Positions 27,851-37,192 of a DNA stretch of 64,000 nucleotides are shown here, piece by piece. The stretch is from an uncultured delta proteobacterium (lineage in GTDB: Bacteria > Myxococcota > Kuafuiibacteriia > Kuafuiibacteriales > Kuafuiibacteriaceae), in the NCBI GenBank assembly GCA_963803435.1, contig CAWDML010000003.1, positions 512,001 through 576,000 on the forward strand, given 5' to 3'. The notes beneath the pieces were generated by a model, which saw nothing but the letters and a program-made list of their open reading frames with translations, was not told where the DNA came from and made no database searches. A program made the position numbers and the translations under genes. The stretch's first letter is position 1. Every line of letters begins with the position of its first letter.

Positions 27851-29950
27851 TCAGCGGACGATCAGGGTGTAGGGGCCGGACCCGGCCACCTCGATCGCGT
27901 AGGTGCCGGCGGCCGGCACGGTGTAGGCCGCGATCCCGCCGGCGGCGCCCGCGAGGAAGGCGCCGGACGGATCGTACAGCGACACGTTCTTGCCGGCGCG
28001 GCCCTCGGAGAGGTCGAACGAGACAATCGTGCCCGCCTGGAGGGTGACCCGGAAGAAGTCCGCGTTGCCGTCGTCGACGCGCCCGCGGATGACCGTGGGC
28101 AGGCCCGCGTTCATCGGATCGGCGGTGGTGCGATCGTCGTTCGGCTCGGACTCGGCGGCGGCGGCGGTGGGCACCGGGAGGTAGCGCACGAAGAGATCGT
28201 AGGTGTAGCCGACGCTGCCCTTGCCGTCGTTGGCATTGTGGACGGCCAGCACGTAGGACTCGGCGGTGTCGAGGTAGGCGATCGCGTCGGGGGCGCCTTC
28301 GCCGAGGATGCCGGTCGCGTTCGGTCCGTAGATGCGGAGGTACGGATCGACGTCGGGATCGGAGACGTCGAGGCGCTCTGCGATCACGACGGTGGGCCCC
28401 GAGGCGATCACCAGGTGCCGGACCAGACGGCCGCCGGTGGTGAGCGAGGCGCTGATCGTTCCGCTGTCGGTCAACACCACCGGCTCGGGCTGGAGGCCGA
28501 CGGGCTCGGCGAAGATGCCGTAGCGCATGAGGACGTCGTCGTCCGAGCCGCGATAGGGCGGGTCGCCCAGGTTCCCTTGATCCGCGACCAAGAGCACGTA
28601 GGGGCCGGTCTCGTCGAGGATGGCCTCGAGGCGCGGGGCCAGACCGCCCGAGTCGAAGTTGCGGTAGAGCTCGCGGACCTCGCCGGTCGATTCGTCGATG
28701 AGCTTCGCCAGCACGAACACCGGGTCGACCTGCGAGCTCGCGGGGATCAGGCCGGTGAGCGCGATGATCTGTCCGGCCGTGCCGTCGAAGCGGTACCAGT
28801 CGATGTCGGGCGGGCCGGTGTTCGGATCGAGGGGCTTGTTGATCCGGCCCGCGGTCTCACCCGGGTAGACGAGGGCCGAGGCGAGCCCGACGGTGTCGTT
28901 CGGCTCGAGCTCGACGTTGTTGGGCGGCGTGTCGATCGTGAGCCGGACCTCGTAGTCGGACGTTCCGTAGATGCGGGCGTGGTCAATCACGATCCGCAGC
29001 GTCTCGGGGGCGTCCAGCGCCAGGATCACGCGGGAGTCGAGGAAGCCGGGGGCCAGATCGTCGTTCTCCATCACGGTCCCATCGGCGCGCTCGACGATCA
29101 GGACGGTGTCGAGGCCGTCGTCCGCGCCCAGGCCCAGGTCGGTCTGCGTGGCGATCCGGATGAAGTCCGAGGCGGGCAAATCCGCCTGGTACAGGCCGAC
29201 CTTGCCGGCCGGGATGAGGACGAACGGCCGGTCCTGGAAGGGGACGTTGACCGACTGGGGCGACGCCTCAATCACCTCGAGCGCCAGGGCGTAAGCGTAG
29301 GTGTCCGAGCCCCGCGGATCGCCCTGGAGAACGCCCCGACGATCGGCCACGGCGATCTCGTATGTTCCGGCCTCGGCCACGTAGATCTCGCGCTCCGCGA
29401 CGAACAGGCCGTCCGCGATCCGCGGCGTCGTGAAGCCGCCGCCGCTCACCATGACCAGAGGTTCGAGCAGGGACTCCGGCTTGGCGCGCGCCACGCGCAC
29501 CTGTATCAACGTCCGGGCCGGCACCATGATCTCGAAGCGGTCGAACGCCTGCGTGGCACCGGGCGCCTCGATGACCCCCCGCACCTCGCGGATCTTGCCA
29601 AGCTCGAGCAGCGATACCGCCTCGCCGCCGCCGGGGACGTCGTTCGGCTCCTGCTCGTCCTGCGGCTCGCAACCATCCTGCCCAGGTGAGCCGACGCCGG
29701 AGTTCGGAGTCGCGGGGCAGGTGTCGCAATCGTCGCCAATCCCGTCGCCGTCGCGGTCGCGCTGCTCGGGGTTGAAGAGCCCCGGGCAGTTGTCGGCATC
29801 CTCCGGCCACTCGTCGCCGTCGGTGTCGCCCGGGACCAGGATGCCCGAGTCGGGGACGACGCCGCTGTCCGGGGTGGCGGTGGTGTCGTCGTCGCCGCCG
29901 CCGCCGCAGGCGAAGAGCAGGACGGGCAGGGCGATGAGGGCACGGCGCAT
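27851..29950 (-). CDS. Surface lipoprotein with thrombospondin type 3 repeats and multiple PPC (pre-peptidase C-terminal)-like domains
   Basis: Lipobox LFA-C; DTDGD...DNCP...NPEQRDRDGDGIGDDCD; three E-x-EPND modules, two followed by DWYRF/DFFRV. Confidence 0.8.
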   Translation of the reverse strand: MRRALIALPVLLFACGGGGDDDTTATPDSGVVPDSGILVPGDTDGDEWPEDADNCPGLFNPEQRDRDGDGIGDDCDTCPATPNSGVGSPGQDGCEPQDEQEPNDVPGGGEAVSLLELGKIREVRGVIEAPGATQAFDRFEIMVPARTLIQVRVARAKPESLLEPLVMVSGGGFTTPRIADGLFVAEREIYVAEAGTYEIAVADRRGVLQGDPRGSDTYAYALALEVIEASPQSVNVPFQDRPFVLIPAGKVGLYQADLPASDFIRIATQTDLGLGADDGLDTVLIVERADGTVMENDDLAPGFLDSRVILALDAPETLRIVIDHARIYGTSDYEVRLTIDTPPNNVELEPNDTVGLASALVYPGETAGRINKPLDPNTGPPDIDWYRFDGTAGQIIALTGLIPASSQVDPVFVLAKLIDESTGEVRELYRNFDSGGLAPRLEAILDETGPYVLLVADQGNLGDPPYRGSDDDVLMRYGIFAEPVGLQPEPVVLTDSGTISASLTTGGRLVRHLVIASGPTVVIAERLDVSDPDVDPYLRIYGPNATGILGEGAPDAIAYLDTAESYVLAVHNANDGKGSVGYTYDLFVRYLPVPTAAAAESEPNDDRTTADPMNAGLPTVIRGRVDDGNADFFRVTLQAGTIVSFDLSEGRAGKNVSLYDPSGAFLAGAAGGIAAYTVPAAGTYAIEVAGSGPYTLIVR

Positions 29951-29974
29951 GAGACGCCGGTTATACCAAAGGGA

Positions 29975-30886
29975 TCACAGCTGTTCTATCCAGCAGGCCA
30001 CGCCCGCTCGGGCCAGCGCGCGGCGGATCCGGGCGGCCGTGAGCTCATCGGGTGCCAGGGCGACCAGCGCGCCTCCCGCCCCTCCCGCGCCGCTCATCTT
30101 CGCGCCCAGCGCCCCGGCGCGACGCGCCTCCTGTACGGCCGCGTCAACCCGAGTTGACACGATCCCCAGGCCGGAGAGGACGCCGTGCGCCACGTCCATC
30201 GCGTGTCCGACAATCTCGAGCGAGTGCTCCGACAGACCGCGGGCGCCGGCACGGGCGGTCTCGCCGAGCGTCGCCATCGCCGCGCGGATCAACCGCGGGC
30301 TCGACTTGCGCACCGCCGCCAACCTCGACACGGTCTGGGCGGTACCGCCGTGCGCGCCCGCCGTGCCGACCACCAGGAAGACCGGCTGGCGCGGCCGCTG
30401 GAGCCGCTGAATCCGGCGCCCGCCGTTGGTGTTCTTGAAGATGATCGGCCCCTCCCAGAGGCAGATCGCAGGATCGACGCCCGAAGGCTTGGCGTGCGCG
30501 ACGCGCTCGACCTCGATGGCGGCCTCGAGCAGCGCTCGGTTCGACCACTTGCGCTGGCGCGCGCGGAGCAGCGCGATCGCAATCGCGGCCGACGATCCGA
30601 GCCCGGACATCGGCGGGAACGCGAGCTCGATCTCGACGTCGGAGCGCCGTGCGGTGTCGCCGAGGGCCCGCTCCACCAAATCTCGCGGGGTGGCGGCGCG
30701 CGCCGACGCCTTCACCGGCGATTCGGACGTGGTCTGGATCCTGACCTTGCCGGTGCCGGGTGTGAGCCTCACCGACGCTCCGCGCGACAACGGCAGGCCG
30801 ATCGCCGGCTCGCCGTACACCACGGCGTGCTCGCCGAAGAGGATGATCTTGCCGGGCGCGCGCCCAATCGCGACCTGGCCGCTCAT
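29975..30886 (-). CDS. mvk: Mevalonate kinase
   Basis: APGKIILFGEHAVVYG, PPMSGLGSSAA, HAKPSGVD and GAKMSGAGG; ATGA-coupled to the HMG-CoA reductase gene. Confidence 0.9.
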   Translation of the reverse strand: MSGQVAIGRAPGKIILFGEHAVVYGEPAIGLPLSRGASVRLTPGTGKVRIQTTSESPVKASARAATPRDLVERALGDTARRSDVEIELAFPPMSGLGSSAAIAIALLRARQRKWSNRALLEAAIEVERVAHAKPSGVDPAICLWEGPIIFKNTNGGRRIQRLQRPRQPVFLVVGTAGAHGGTAQTVSRLAAVRKSSPRLIRAAMATLGETARAGARGLSEHSLEIVGHAMDVAHGVLSGLGIVSTRVDAAVQEARRAGALGAKMSGAGGAGGALVALAPDELTAARIRRALARAGVACWIEQL

Positions 30887-32160
30887 GTCTTCGAGCCGCG
30901 CTCCCACGCCAGCGCCCGCGTGACGGTGTCGGCGCTCGGCCTTCCCTCTTGGAGGGCGCGCCGGACCACGGCCTCGACCTCGTCGGGTTGGGCGCCGGCT
31001 GCCAATGCAAGTTGTCTTGCGTGAAGCATCATGTGTCCCTGCTGGATGCCTTCGGCGCAGAGCGCGCGCAGCGCCGCGAGGTTCTGCGCCAGGCCGACGG
31101 CCGCCAGGATCGCCGCGAGCATGCGCGCGCTTTCGGCCCCCATCAAGGACGAGAGGAGGGCGATGGTCGGATGGCTCCGGGTCAGGCCCCCCACGATCCC
31201 GACCGGCATCGGCAGCTCGATCGAGCCCTCGAGCCGGTCGCCCTCGACGATCCAGCGGGTGAGGCCGCGGTACTGCCCGTCGCGGGCGGCGTACGCGTGG
31301 GCGGCGGCCTCGATCGCACGCCAGTCGTTGCCGGTGGCGACCGCGACGGCATCGATGCCGTTCATGATCCCCTTGTTGTGCGTGGCCGCCCGGTACGGAT
31401 CGATCCGCGCGAAGCGGTCGGCCTCCGCGATCCGATCCGCGACCGCACGACCCCCGACCGCCTCCACCGGCACCGCACAGCGGGCGCGGGCGAGGCGATG
31501 GACCGCCAGGTTGCTCAGGATCCGGAGGTGGACCCCCGTGCCGGCGACGCGCGCGACAGCCGGCGCCACCGACTCGGCCACCGCGTTGACCGCGTTGGCG
31601 CCCATGGCGTCGACCACGTCGAGCACGAGGTGCAAGACCACGATCGGCGGCCCGCCCTCGGGATCCTCGAGCCTTCGCGTCTCGATCCGGATCAACCCGC
31701 CGCCGCGCGCCTGCATGGACGCGCAAGCGCCGCGGGTGGCAGCCTCCAGCTCGGCCGCCCCCGAGGACAACCGCTCGAGGATCCGATCCGCATCCGCCGG
31801 ATCGGCGGCGGTCAGCTGGACCTGGCCGATCATGTGCGGCGGATCGGCCTCGGTCGTGAACCCGCCGCCGGCCCGCGCGATCTTGGCGGCGTTCGAGAAG
31901 GCCGCCACCACCGAGGCCTCCTCGACCGCCATCGGGACCAGGATCTCCTCCCCGTCCACCACCAGGTTCAGGCCGATCCCCACGGGAAGCCCGACGATCC
32001 CGACCACGTTCTCGATCAGCTCGCCGGCGTGCTCCAGGGTCAGAGCCCCCGGATCGAGGGCGTCGAAGGCGTCCTCGGGGAGGCCGAGCACGCGGGCCAG
32101 CAGCCGGCGCCGCTCCCCGATGGAGGCGCGCCGGAATCCGGGAAGCCGGGAGGTCGTCAT
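30883..32160 (-). CDS. mvaA: Hydroxymethylglutaryl-CoA reductase, class II
   Basis: IENVVG, PMAVEEASVVAA, DAMGAN, ILSN, RAATHNKGIMNG and EGIQQGHM. Confidence 0.95.
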   Translation of the reverse strand: MTTSRLPGFRRASIGERRRLLARVLGLPEDAFDALDPGALTLEHAGELIENVVGIVGLPVGIGLNLVVDGEEILVPMAVEEASVVAAFSNAAKIARAGGGFTTEADPPHMIGQVQLTAADPADADRILERLSSGAAELEAATRGACASMQARGGGLIRIETRRLEDPEGGPPIVVLHLVLDVVDAMGANAVNAVAESVAPAVARVAGTGVHLRILSNLAVHRLARARCAVPVEAVGGRAVADRIAEADRFARIDPYRAATHNKGIMNGIDAVAVATGNDWRAIEAAAHAYAARDGQYRGLTRWIVEGDRLEGSIELPMPVGIVGGLTRSHPTIALLSSLMGAESARMLAAILAAVGLAQNLAALRALCAEGIQQGHMMLHARQLALAAGAQPDEVEAVVRRALQEGRPSADTVTRALAWERGSKT

Positions 32161-32177
32161 CGGTTTCCCCGTTCAGT

Positions 32178-32259
32178 GCTCTATGGCAGCGCGGGGGGCG
32201 GGTCAACGACGAGGGAGCCAAGCCTAAGCCTTGACCCGGACGGGGACCCTTTCTAGGAC
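32178..32259. promoter_or_regulatory. Back-to-back sigma70-type promoters for mvaA and the octaheme cytochrome gene
   Basis: Plus strand: TTGACC (32231-32236), 17 bp, TAGGAC (32254-32259). Minus strand: TTGACC (32206-32201), 17 bp, TAGAGC (32183-32178). Confidence 0.55.
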
Positions 32260-32265
32260 GGGCCC

Positions 32266-35200
32266 GTGGCAACCAAGCGGCCGACCCGGTCCGAAGAAGA
32301 ATCCTATCGCTTGTTCTTCTTTGTCGTCGCTCAGCTCCTGATGCTGTCGATGATCTGGCTTCTCTACCAGGAGTTCTTCAGCAACCGGCTCCTCGGTGGG
32401 CGCCGCCCCTGGAAGGACGTCCAGCTCTCCTGGTTCGAGGTCGAGAAGGCTCGGGCCAACAAGAACTACGCCGCCGAGGAGGAGTGGCTCGAGACCGGGA
32501 CGGTGACGTCCACCGCAGGTGAGGAGATCAACCTCAAGGCGCGCCGCGCCGAGCTCAAGAAGGAAATCGAGGATCTCGAGGGCGCGATCATCGGGACCGC
32601 CAAGCGCGTCGAGTACGAGCGCCTCAAGGCCGAGCTGGAGAAGGCGGAGATCGCGGTCAAGGATCAGGAGGTGGTCGTCGCCTTCGCCAAGGCGAAGGAA
32701 GACGAGATGTACTACTGGTACCGCCAAGCCAAGCACGACGGCCGCGAGTACTCGAAGAAGGAAGAGAAGTACGAGGACGCCCACGGGCAGGTGCTCGAGC
32801 AGCAAAAGAAGTACGATCTGGTCGTTGCCAAGCGCGATGCGTTCCTCAATCAGGTCGGCGCAATCAAGAGAGCCCTCGATCAGAAGAAGAAGGAGCTCTC
32901 GGAGATGGAGGCGGACCTCGCCACCGCTCAGCGCGCCGTCGATTCCACGAAGGATCGCTGGACCGGCATCGAGCAGTTCTGGAACCAGGAGATCGAGCTC
33001 GTCGATCGCTGCCACACTTGCCACTACGCCTTCGACAAGTGCGGCTTCAGCGCGCCCGAGGAGATCCTACACTTTACCCTCGAGGAGAAGCTCACCGCGG
33101 CCGACCTCAAGACGCGCTATTGCCTGACCCGCGACGAGATCACCGCGTATCTCGAGGCGGCCGAGGAGGTTCGCGACTCCTGGTACGAGGACGACAAGAA
33201 GGGCTACGACGACGTCAAGGACAAGCTGCTCACCGTCGGGGCCCCCGAGCCGAAGCCGGGCGAGAAGAAGGCGATCACCGAGCCGGTCCTGGCCACGGCC
33301 GCGCGCCTCGGGATCAAGCCGTCAGAGGCCGAGCCGGTGTACCGCACGCACCCGAACTACTGGAACCTGCTCCGCAAGCACCCGCCCCAGGTCTACGGGT
33401 GCACCACCTGCCACTACGGTCAGGGGCGCGAGACCAAGGGCACGGCCCTGAACTACCTGTCCGCGATCGTCTGGAAGGGCGAGGCGAGCCTGGCGCCGTT
33501 CGATCACTCCCGGAGCGATCACTACTGGGAGCAGCAGCTCCTCGACAACAAGAAGCACCACACCGAGGCCTCCTGCTTCAACTGTCACCAGCAGAACTAC
33601 GAGATCCCGTACGCGCCGAACTTCACCCGCGCCCGCAAGCTGGTGGAGAACATCGGCTGCACGGGCTGCCACCCGCTGGGACCGCTCGATCCCAAGCGCA
33701 AGCACGGGCCGGCCCTGGCGTCGGTGGCCAGCAAGGCGAACACCGCCTGGCTCGACACCTGGATCCAGCACCCGAAGGGCGTTCGGCCCCGGACGAAGAT
33801 GCCAAACTTCTGGCCGAACGCGTTGAAGGAGGACGGCGAGCCGGATCTCGAGCGCGCCGACTGCAACGATTTCGACTACGACAAGGGCAGCCCGCCCACC
33901 CCGGCGGTCTGGGTGAACTGCTACGAGCAGCGGGAGCGGGAGTCCGCGTACATCCTCGCGTACCTGCTCTCGAAGCAGACGCCGATCGCGTACCCGTCGA
34001 TGCCGAGCTGGGCGAGCGCAGAGAAGGGCAAGGAGACGTTCGAGAAGATCGGCTGCCGCGGTTGCCACAACATGGCCGAGTGGGAGCAGGCCTCGCACAT
34101 GCCGGGCAGCGAGGATCGCGACCTCGCGCCGAACCTGAGCAACGTCGGCGACAAGCTGAACCCGGGCTGGATCTTCGCCTGGGTCAAGAACCCGCGGTCC
34201 TACTGGCCCGAGACCCGGATGCCGATGCTGCGCCTCTCCGACGAGGAGGCATGGAACGTCGCCGCCTTCCTCTCCACGCGGAAGACCGGCAACGCGCCGA
34301 AGATGTCGGCCAAGGGACAGAAGTACCTCGACGAGGAGGGCGCCGCCGAGAATGGCCAGCGCCTGATCACGTACTACGGCTGCTACGGCTGCCACGACAT
34401 CCCGGGCTTCGAGGGCGCGACGCGGATCGGCGCCGACCTCACGCTGTTCGGATCGAAGCTCCCCGCCAAGCTCGACTTTGGCGACGTCACCGAGCTCGTC
34501 GAGGATCCGCACAAGCAAACCTGGGAGAACTGGCTCACCACCAAGCTGGAAGAGCCGCGCATCTATACCTACGAGCGGGTCACCACGCGTATGCCGAAGT
34601 TCGAGCTCTCGCAGCAGGAGGTCGCGGACATCGTGCTCTTCCTGAAGAGCCAGAACGAGGTGGCGCACGACTACCCGATGGGGATCAAGAAGAACCTCGA
34701 CGAGGACGAGCTCGCCGTCCAGAAGGGCGCGTATCTGATCGACGCGTACAACTGCGGCGGATGCCACCTGATCGACACCCGCGGCATCGACATCGACGGG
34801 GACCACCAGCTCGACGGCGGCGACATCTTCCGCCTCTACGCCGACACGGACGACAAGTTCCGCACGCCGCCGAAGCTCCTACGCGAGGGCGCGAAGGTCT
34901 ATCCCGACTGGCTCTTCAAGTTCCTCAAGTCGCCCTTCAAGCTGCGCGAGAACTACCAGCTCAGGATGCCCACGTTCCAGTTCACGGACGAGGAGGCCTC
35001 GGAGCTGGTGGCCTACTTCTCCGCGAAGGCCGGCGCGCCGTACCCGTTCGTTCAGAAGAAGTTCGATGTGCTCTCCGCCGCGGACCGGGCCACCGCCGAT
35101 CACCTCTTCAAGGAGGCGCAGTGCCTCAACTGCCACAACCTGGGCGGCGGCTCCAACGACCCGAAGAACGTGGCGCCGAACCTCCGTCTGGCGTTCGACC

Positions 35201-35487
35201 GTCTCCGCTACGACTGGATCTTCGATTGGCTGAAGAGCCCGCAGTCGCAGGCGCCGGGCGTCGGCATGCCGACCTTCTTCTTCGTGGCCGACGAGGAGAC
35301 CGGGGAGATGGGCACGCCGCTGACCGATATCGCGAACGGCGACTGGAAACGCCAGATCGAGCTCCTCCGCTCGTACGTGATCGATCTGGGCCGCGGGGCG
35401 AAGGTCGATGAGGGATCGGCCGACGCGGCCTCGGCGCCGGCGGCCGATCAACCGGTCAAGAAGGGCAAGAAGGGCCGAAAGGGTTGA
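32266..35487 (+). CDS. Membrane-anchored octaheme c-type cytochrome with a coiled-coil stalk
   Basis: One N-terminal TM helix, a long heptad-rich segment, and eight CxxCH motifs (CHTCH, CTTCH, CFNCH, CTGCH, CRGCH, CYGCH, CGGCH, CLNCH). The last five are each followed by a W...P...MP axial-Met motif. Confidence 0.92.
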   Translation: MATKRPTRSEEESYRLFFFVVAQLLMLSMIWLLYQEFFSNRLLGGRRPWKDVQLSWFEVEKARANKNYAAEEEWLETGTVTSTAGEEINLKARRAELKKEIEDLEGAIIGTAKRVEYERLKAELEKAEIAVKDQEVVVAFAKAKEDEMYYWYRQAKHDGREYSKKEEKYEDAHGQVLEQQKKYDLVVAKRDAFLNQVGAIKRALDQKKKELSEMEADLATAQRAVDSTKDRWTGIEQFWNQEIELVDRCHTCHYAFDKCGFSAPEEILHFTLEEKLTAADLKTRYCLTRDEITAYLEAAEEVRDSWYEDDKKGYDDVKDKLLTVGAPEPKPGEKKAITEPVLATAARLGIKPSEAEPVYRTHPNYWNLLRKHPPQVYGCTTCHYGQGRETKGTALNYLSAIVWKGEASLAPFDHSRSDHYWEQQLLDNKKHHTEASCFNCHQQNYEIPYAPNFTRARKLVENIGCTGCHPLGPLDPKRKHGPALASVASKANTAWLDTWIQHPKGVRPRTKMPNFWPNALKEDGEPDLERADCNDFDYDKGSPPTPAVWVNCYEQRERESAYILAYLLSKQTPIAYPSMPSWASAEKGKETFEKIGCRGCHNMAEWEQASHMPGSEDRDLAPNLSNVGDKLNPGWIFAWVKNPRSYWPETRMPMLRLSDEEAWNVAAFLSTRKTGNAPKMSAKGQKYLDEEGAAENGQRLITYYGCYGCHDIPGFEGATRIGADLTLFGSKLPAKLDFGDVTELVEDPHKQTWENWLTTKLEEPRIYTYERVTTRMPKFELSQQEVADIVLFLKSQNEVAHDYPMGIKKNLDEDELAVQKGAYLIDAYNCGGCHLIDTRGIDIDGDHQLDGGDIFRLYADTDDKFRTPPKLLREGAKVYPDWLFKFLKSPFKLRENYQLRMPTFQFTDEEASELVAYFSAKAGAPYPFVQKKFDVLSAADRATADHLFKEAQCLNCHNLGGGSNDPKNVAPNLRLAFDRLRYDWIFDWLKSPQSQAPGVGMPTFFFVADEETGEMGTPLTDIANGDWKRQIELLRSYVIDLGRGAKVDEGSADAASAPAADQPVKKGKKGRKG

Positions 35488-36164
35488 GCGCGCGAGCGCT
35501 GCTCGTCCTCATCCTGATCCTGTATGGCGCGCCCGCGAGGGCGGGTGAGGTCGGCGGGATCGTCGTCCTCACGTCGACCACGTCCAGCGTCACCCCGGCG
35601 CTGATCCTCCGAGATCGACACGTCTGCGGCGCGGAGGTGCCGGTGAACAGCGGTTGGCTCCAGCTCGAGGGTCGAAACGTCGACGGCGTGCTCGTGTACC
35701 TCGACGGGCCGCCCCAGCCGAAGGGGCTGCCCAAGGGCAAGCTCACCATCGATCAGCAGAACTGCACCTATCTCCCGCGGGTAGCGGCGATCCCCGTGCG
35801 CTCCCGCGTTCGCTTCACCAACTCGGATCCGGTGCTCCACAACGTCCATCTCTTCGCGCCCGACGGGCGAACGGTGGGCAACTGGGCGATGCCCGCCAAG
35901 GGTCAGAGCACGCCCTGGGTGATCCTCAGAAAGCCCGGACGCTATCGGGTCGGGTGCGATGCGGGTCACGCCTGGATGAACGCGAACATCTTCGTTTTCG
36001 ACCACCCTCATTTCGTGCTCTCAGAGGGCGGTGGTCGGTTTTCGATGCGGCGGGTCTCCGCCGGTCGACACCGCCTGATCGCGTGGCACCCTGACCTCGG
36101 CCAGCGCGAAGCTCGAGTGGATGTGCCCGCGAAGGGGCGTGTCGAGGTCAAGGTGGAGTTCTGA
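35484..36164 (+). CDS. Exported cupredoxin-like / carboxypeptidase-regulatory-like domain protein
   Basis: TTG overlaps the cytochrome stop. Signal peptide; IDQQNCTYLP, NSDPVLHNVH, CDAGHAWM and WHP. Confidence 0.75.
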   Translation: MSARALLVLILILYGAPARAGEVGGIVVLTSTTSSVTPALILRDRHVCGAEVPVNSGWLQLEGRNVDGVLVYLDGPPQPKGLPKGKLTIDQQNCTYLPRVAAIPVRSRVRFTNSDPVLHNVHLFAPDGRTVGNWAMPAKGQSTPWVILRKPGRYRVGCDAGHAWMNANIFVFDHPHFVLSEGGGRFSMRRVSAGRHRLIAWHPDLGQREARVDVPAKGRVEVKVEF

Positions 36165-36165
36165 G

Positions 36166-37179
36166 ATGCGGGCGTGGTGGCTGGTGATCTTCTCGTTGAT
36201 CTGCGGCGCGGAAGCGCGCGCCCAGGACAAAGTCGCCACGGACGACATGGAGAAGGCGACCCTCAAGGACGAGAAGAAGGAGGAGGGCTGGAAGGCCAAG
36301 GCGAACGTCGGTCTGACCGGCTCGGTGAGCAGCAACCGGATGTTCGTGGGCGCCGAGGAGGGCACCTCGATCCAGATCGGCACCGTGATCGCGCTGGGGG
36401 CCGATCTCGAGCGCGGCCAGCACCGCTGGGAGAACGCCCTCGGCATCCAGCTTGCGGGTAGCAAGACGCCCCAGATCTCCCGCTTCGTGAAGTCGTCCGA
36501 CGTGCTCGATCTCAGCTCGACGTACTTCTACACGCTGGAGTCGGTCAGCTGGTTCGGGATGTTCGGGCGCCTGAAGCTGTCCACGCAGTTGCTGCCGACC
36601 AAGCTGGTCCGCTCGCTCCCCTACACGGTGGTGCGCCTCGACGATCAGGGGGTGGAGATCGGCCGCGACATGGTCGACGCACAGGCGGGCATCGCCACCA
36701 CCGGCGCGTTCGAGCCGCTCATGCTCCGGGAGTCGCTCGGCATCTTCGTGAATCCCGTCGAGAGCGACACGTTCAGCTTCAAGCTGAAGCTGGGCGGGGC
36801 CGCGCAAGAGATCGCCGCGCGCCACGGTTTCGTGGTGCTCGCGGACGATGGGGCTGCCGCCACGCTCACGCTGCAGCAGGTTCAGAGCACGTTCGAGCTC
36901 GGCGCAGAGCTGGGCTTCGCCAGCAACGGCACGCTCGTGCCGGAGGTCCTCAGCTGGAAGCTGAACGTCGATCTCTTTCAGCCGTTCGTCACCACCGCCA
37001 ATACCGACCTCTCGACGATCGGCCAGCTCAACGCCGAGGTGGTGCTCGGCGTCTCGCTGAAGATCGTCAAGTGGCTCTCGCTGGAGTATCTGCTCACGGC
37101 CAAGCGGATCCCGTTGATCCTGGACGCCTGGCAGATCCAGAACCTCCTCGTACTCAGCGCCGGGTTCGATCTGATCTAG
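36166..37179 (+). CDS. Putative outer-membrane beta-barrel protein (DUF3078-like)
   Basis: Signal peptide, EGWKAKANVGLTG, HRWEN, FVKSSDVL, alternating beta-strand pattern, and C-terminal LSAGFDLI. Confidence 0.65.
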   Translation: MRAWWLVIFSLICGAEARAQDKVATDDMEKATLKDEKKEEGWKAKANVGLTGSVSSNRMFVGAEEGTSIQIGTVIALGADLERGQHRWENALGIQLAGSKTPQISRFVKSSDVLDLSSTYFYTLESVSWFGMFGRLKLSTQLLPTKLVRSLPYTVVRLDDQGVEIGRDMVDAQAGIATTGAFEPLMLRESLGIFVNPVESDTFSFKLKLGGAAQEIAARHGFVVLADDGAAATLTLQQVQSTFELGAELGFASNGTLVPEVLSWKLNVDLFQPFVTTANTDLSTIGQLNAEVVLGVSLKIVKWLSLEYLLTAKRIPLILDAWQIQNLLVLSAGFDLI

Positions 37180-37192
37180 TATCCTCCCCACC

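Noticed and set aside
29975-32272. 765-aa ORF suggesting an extended mevalonate kinase
   Set aside because: The N-terminal part is an off-frame reading of mvaA. The true start is the ATGA overlap at 30886.
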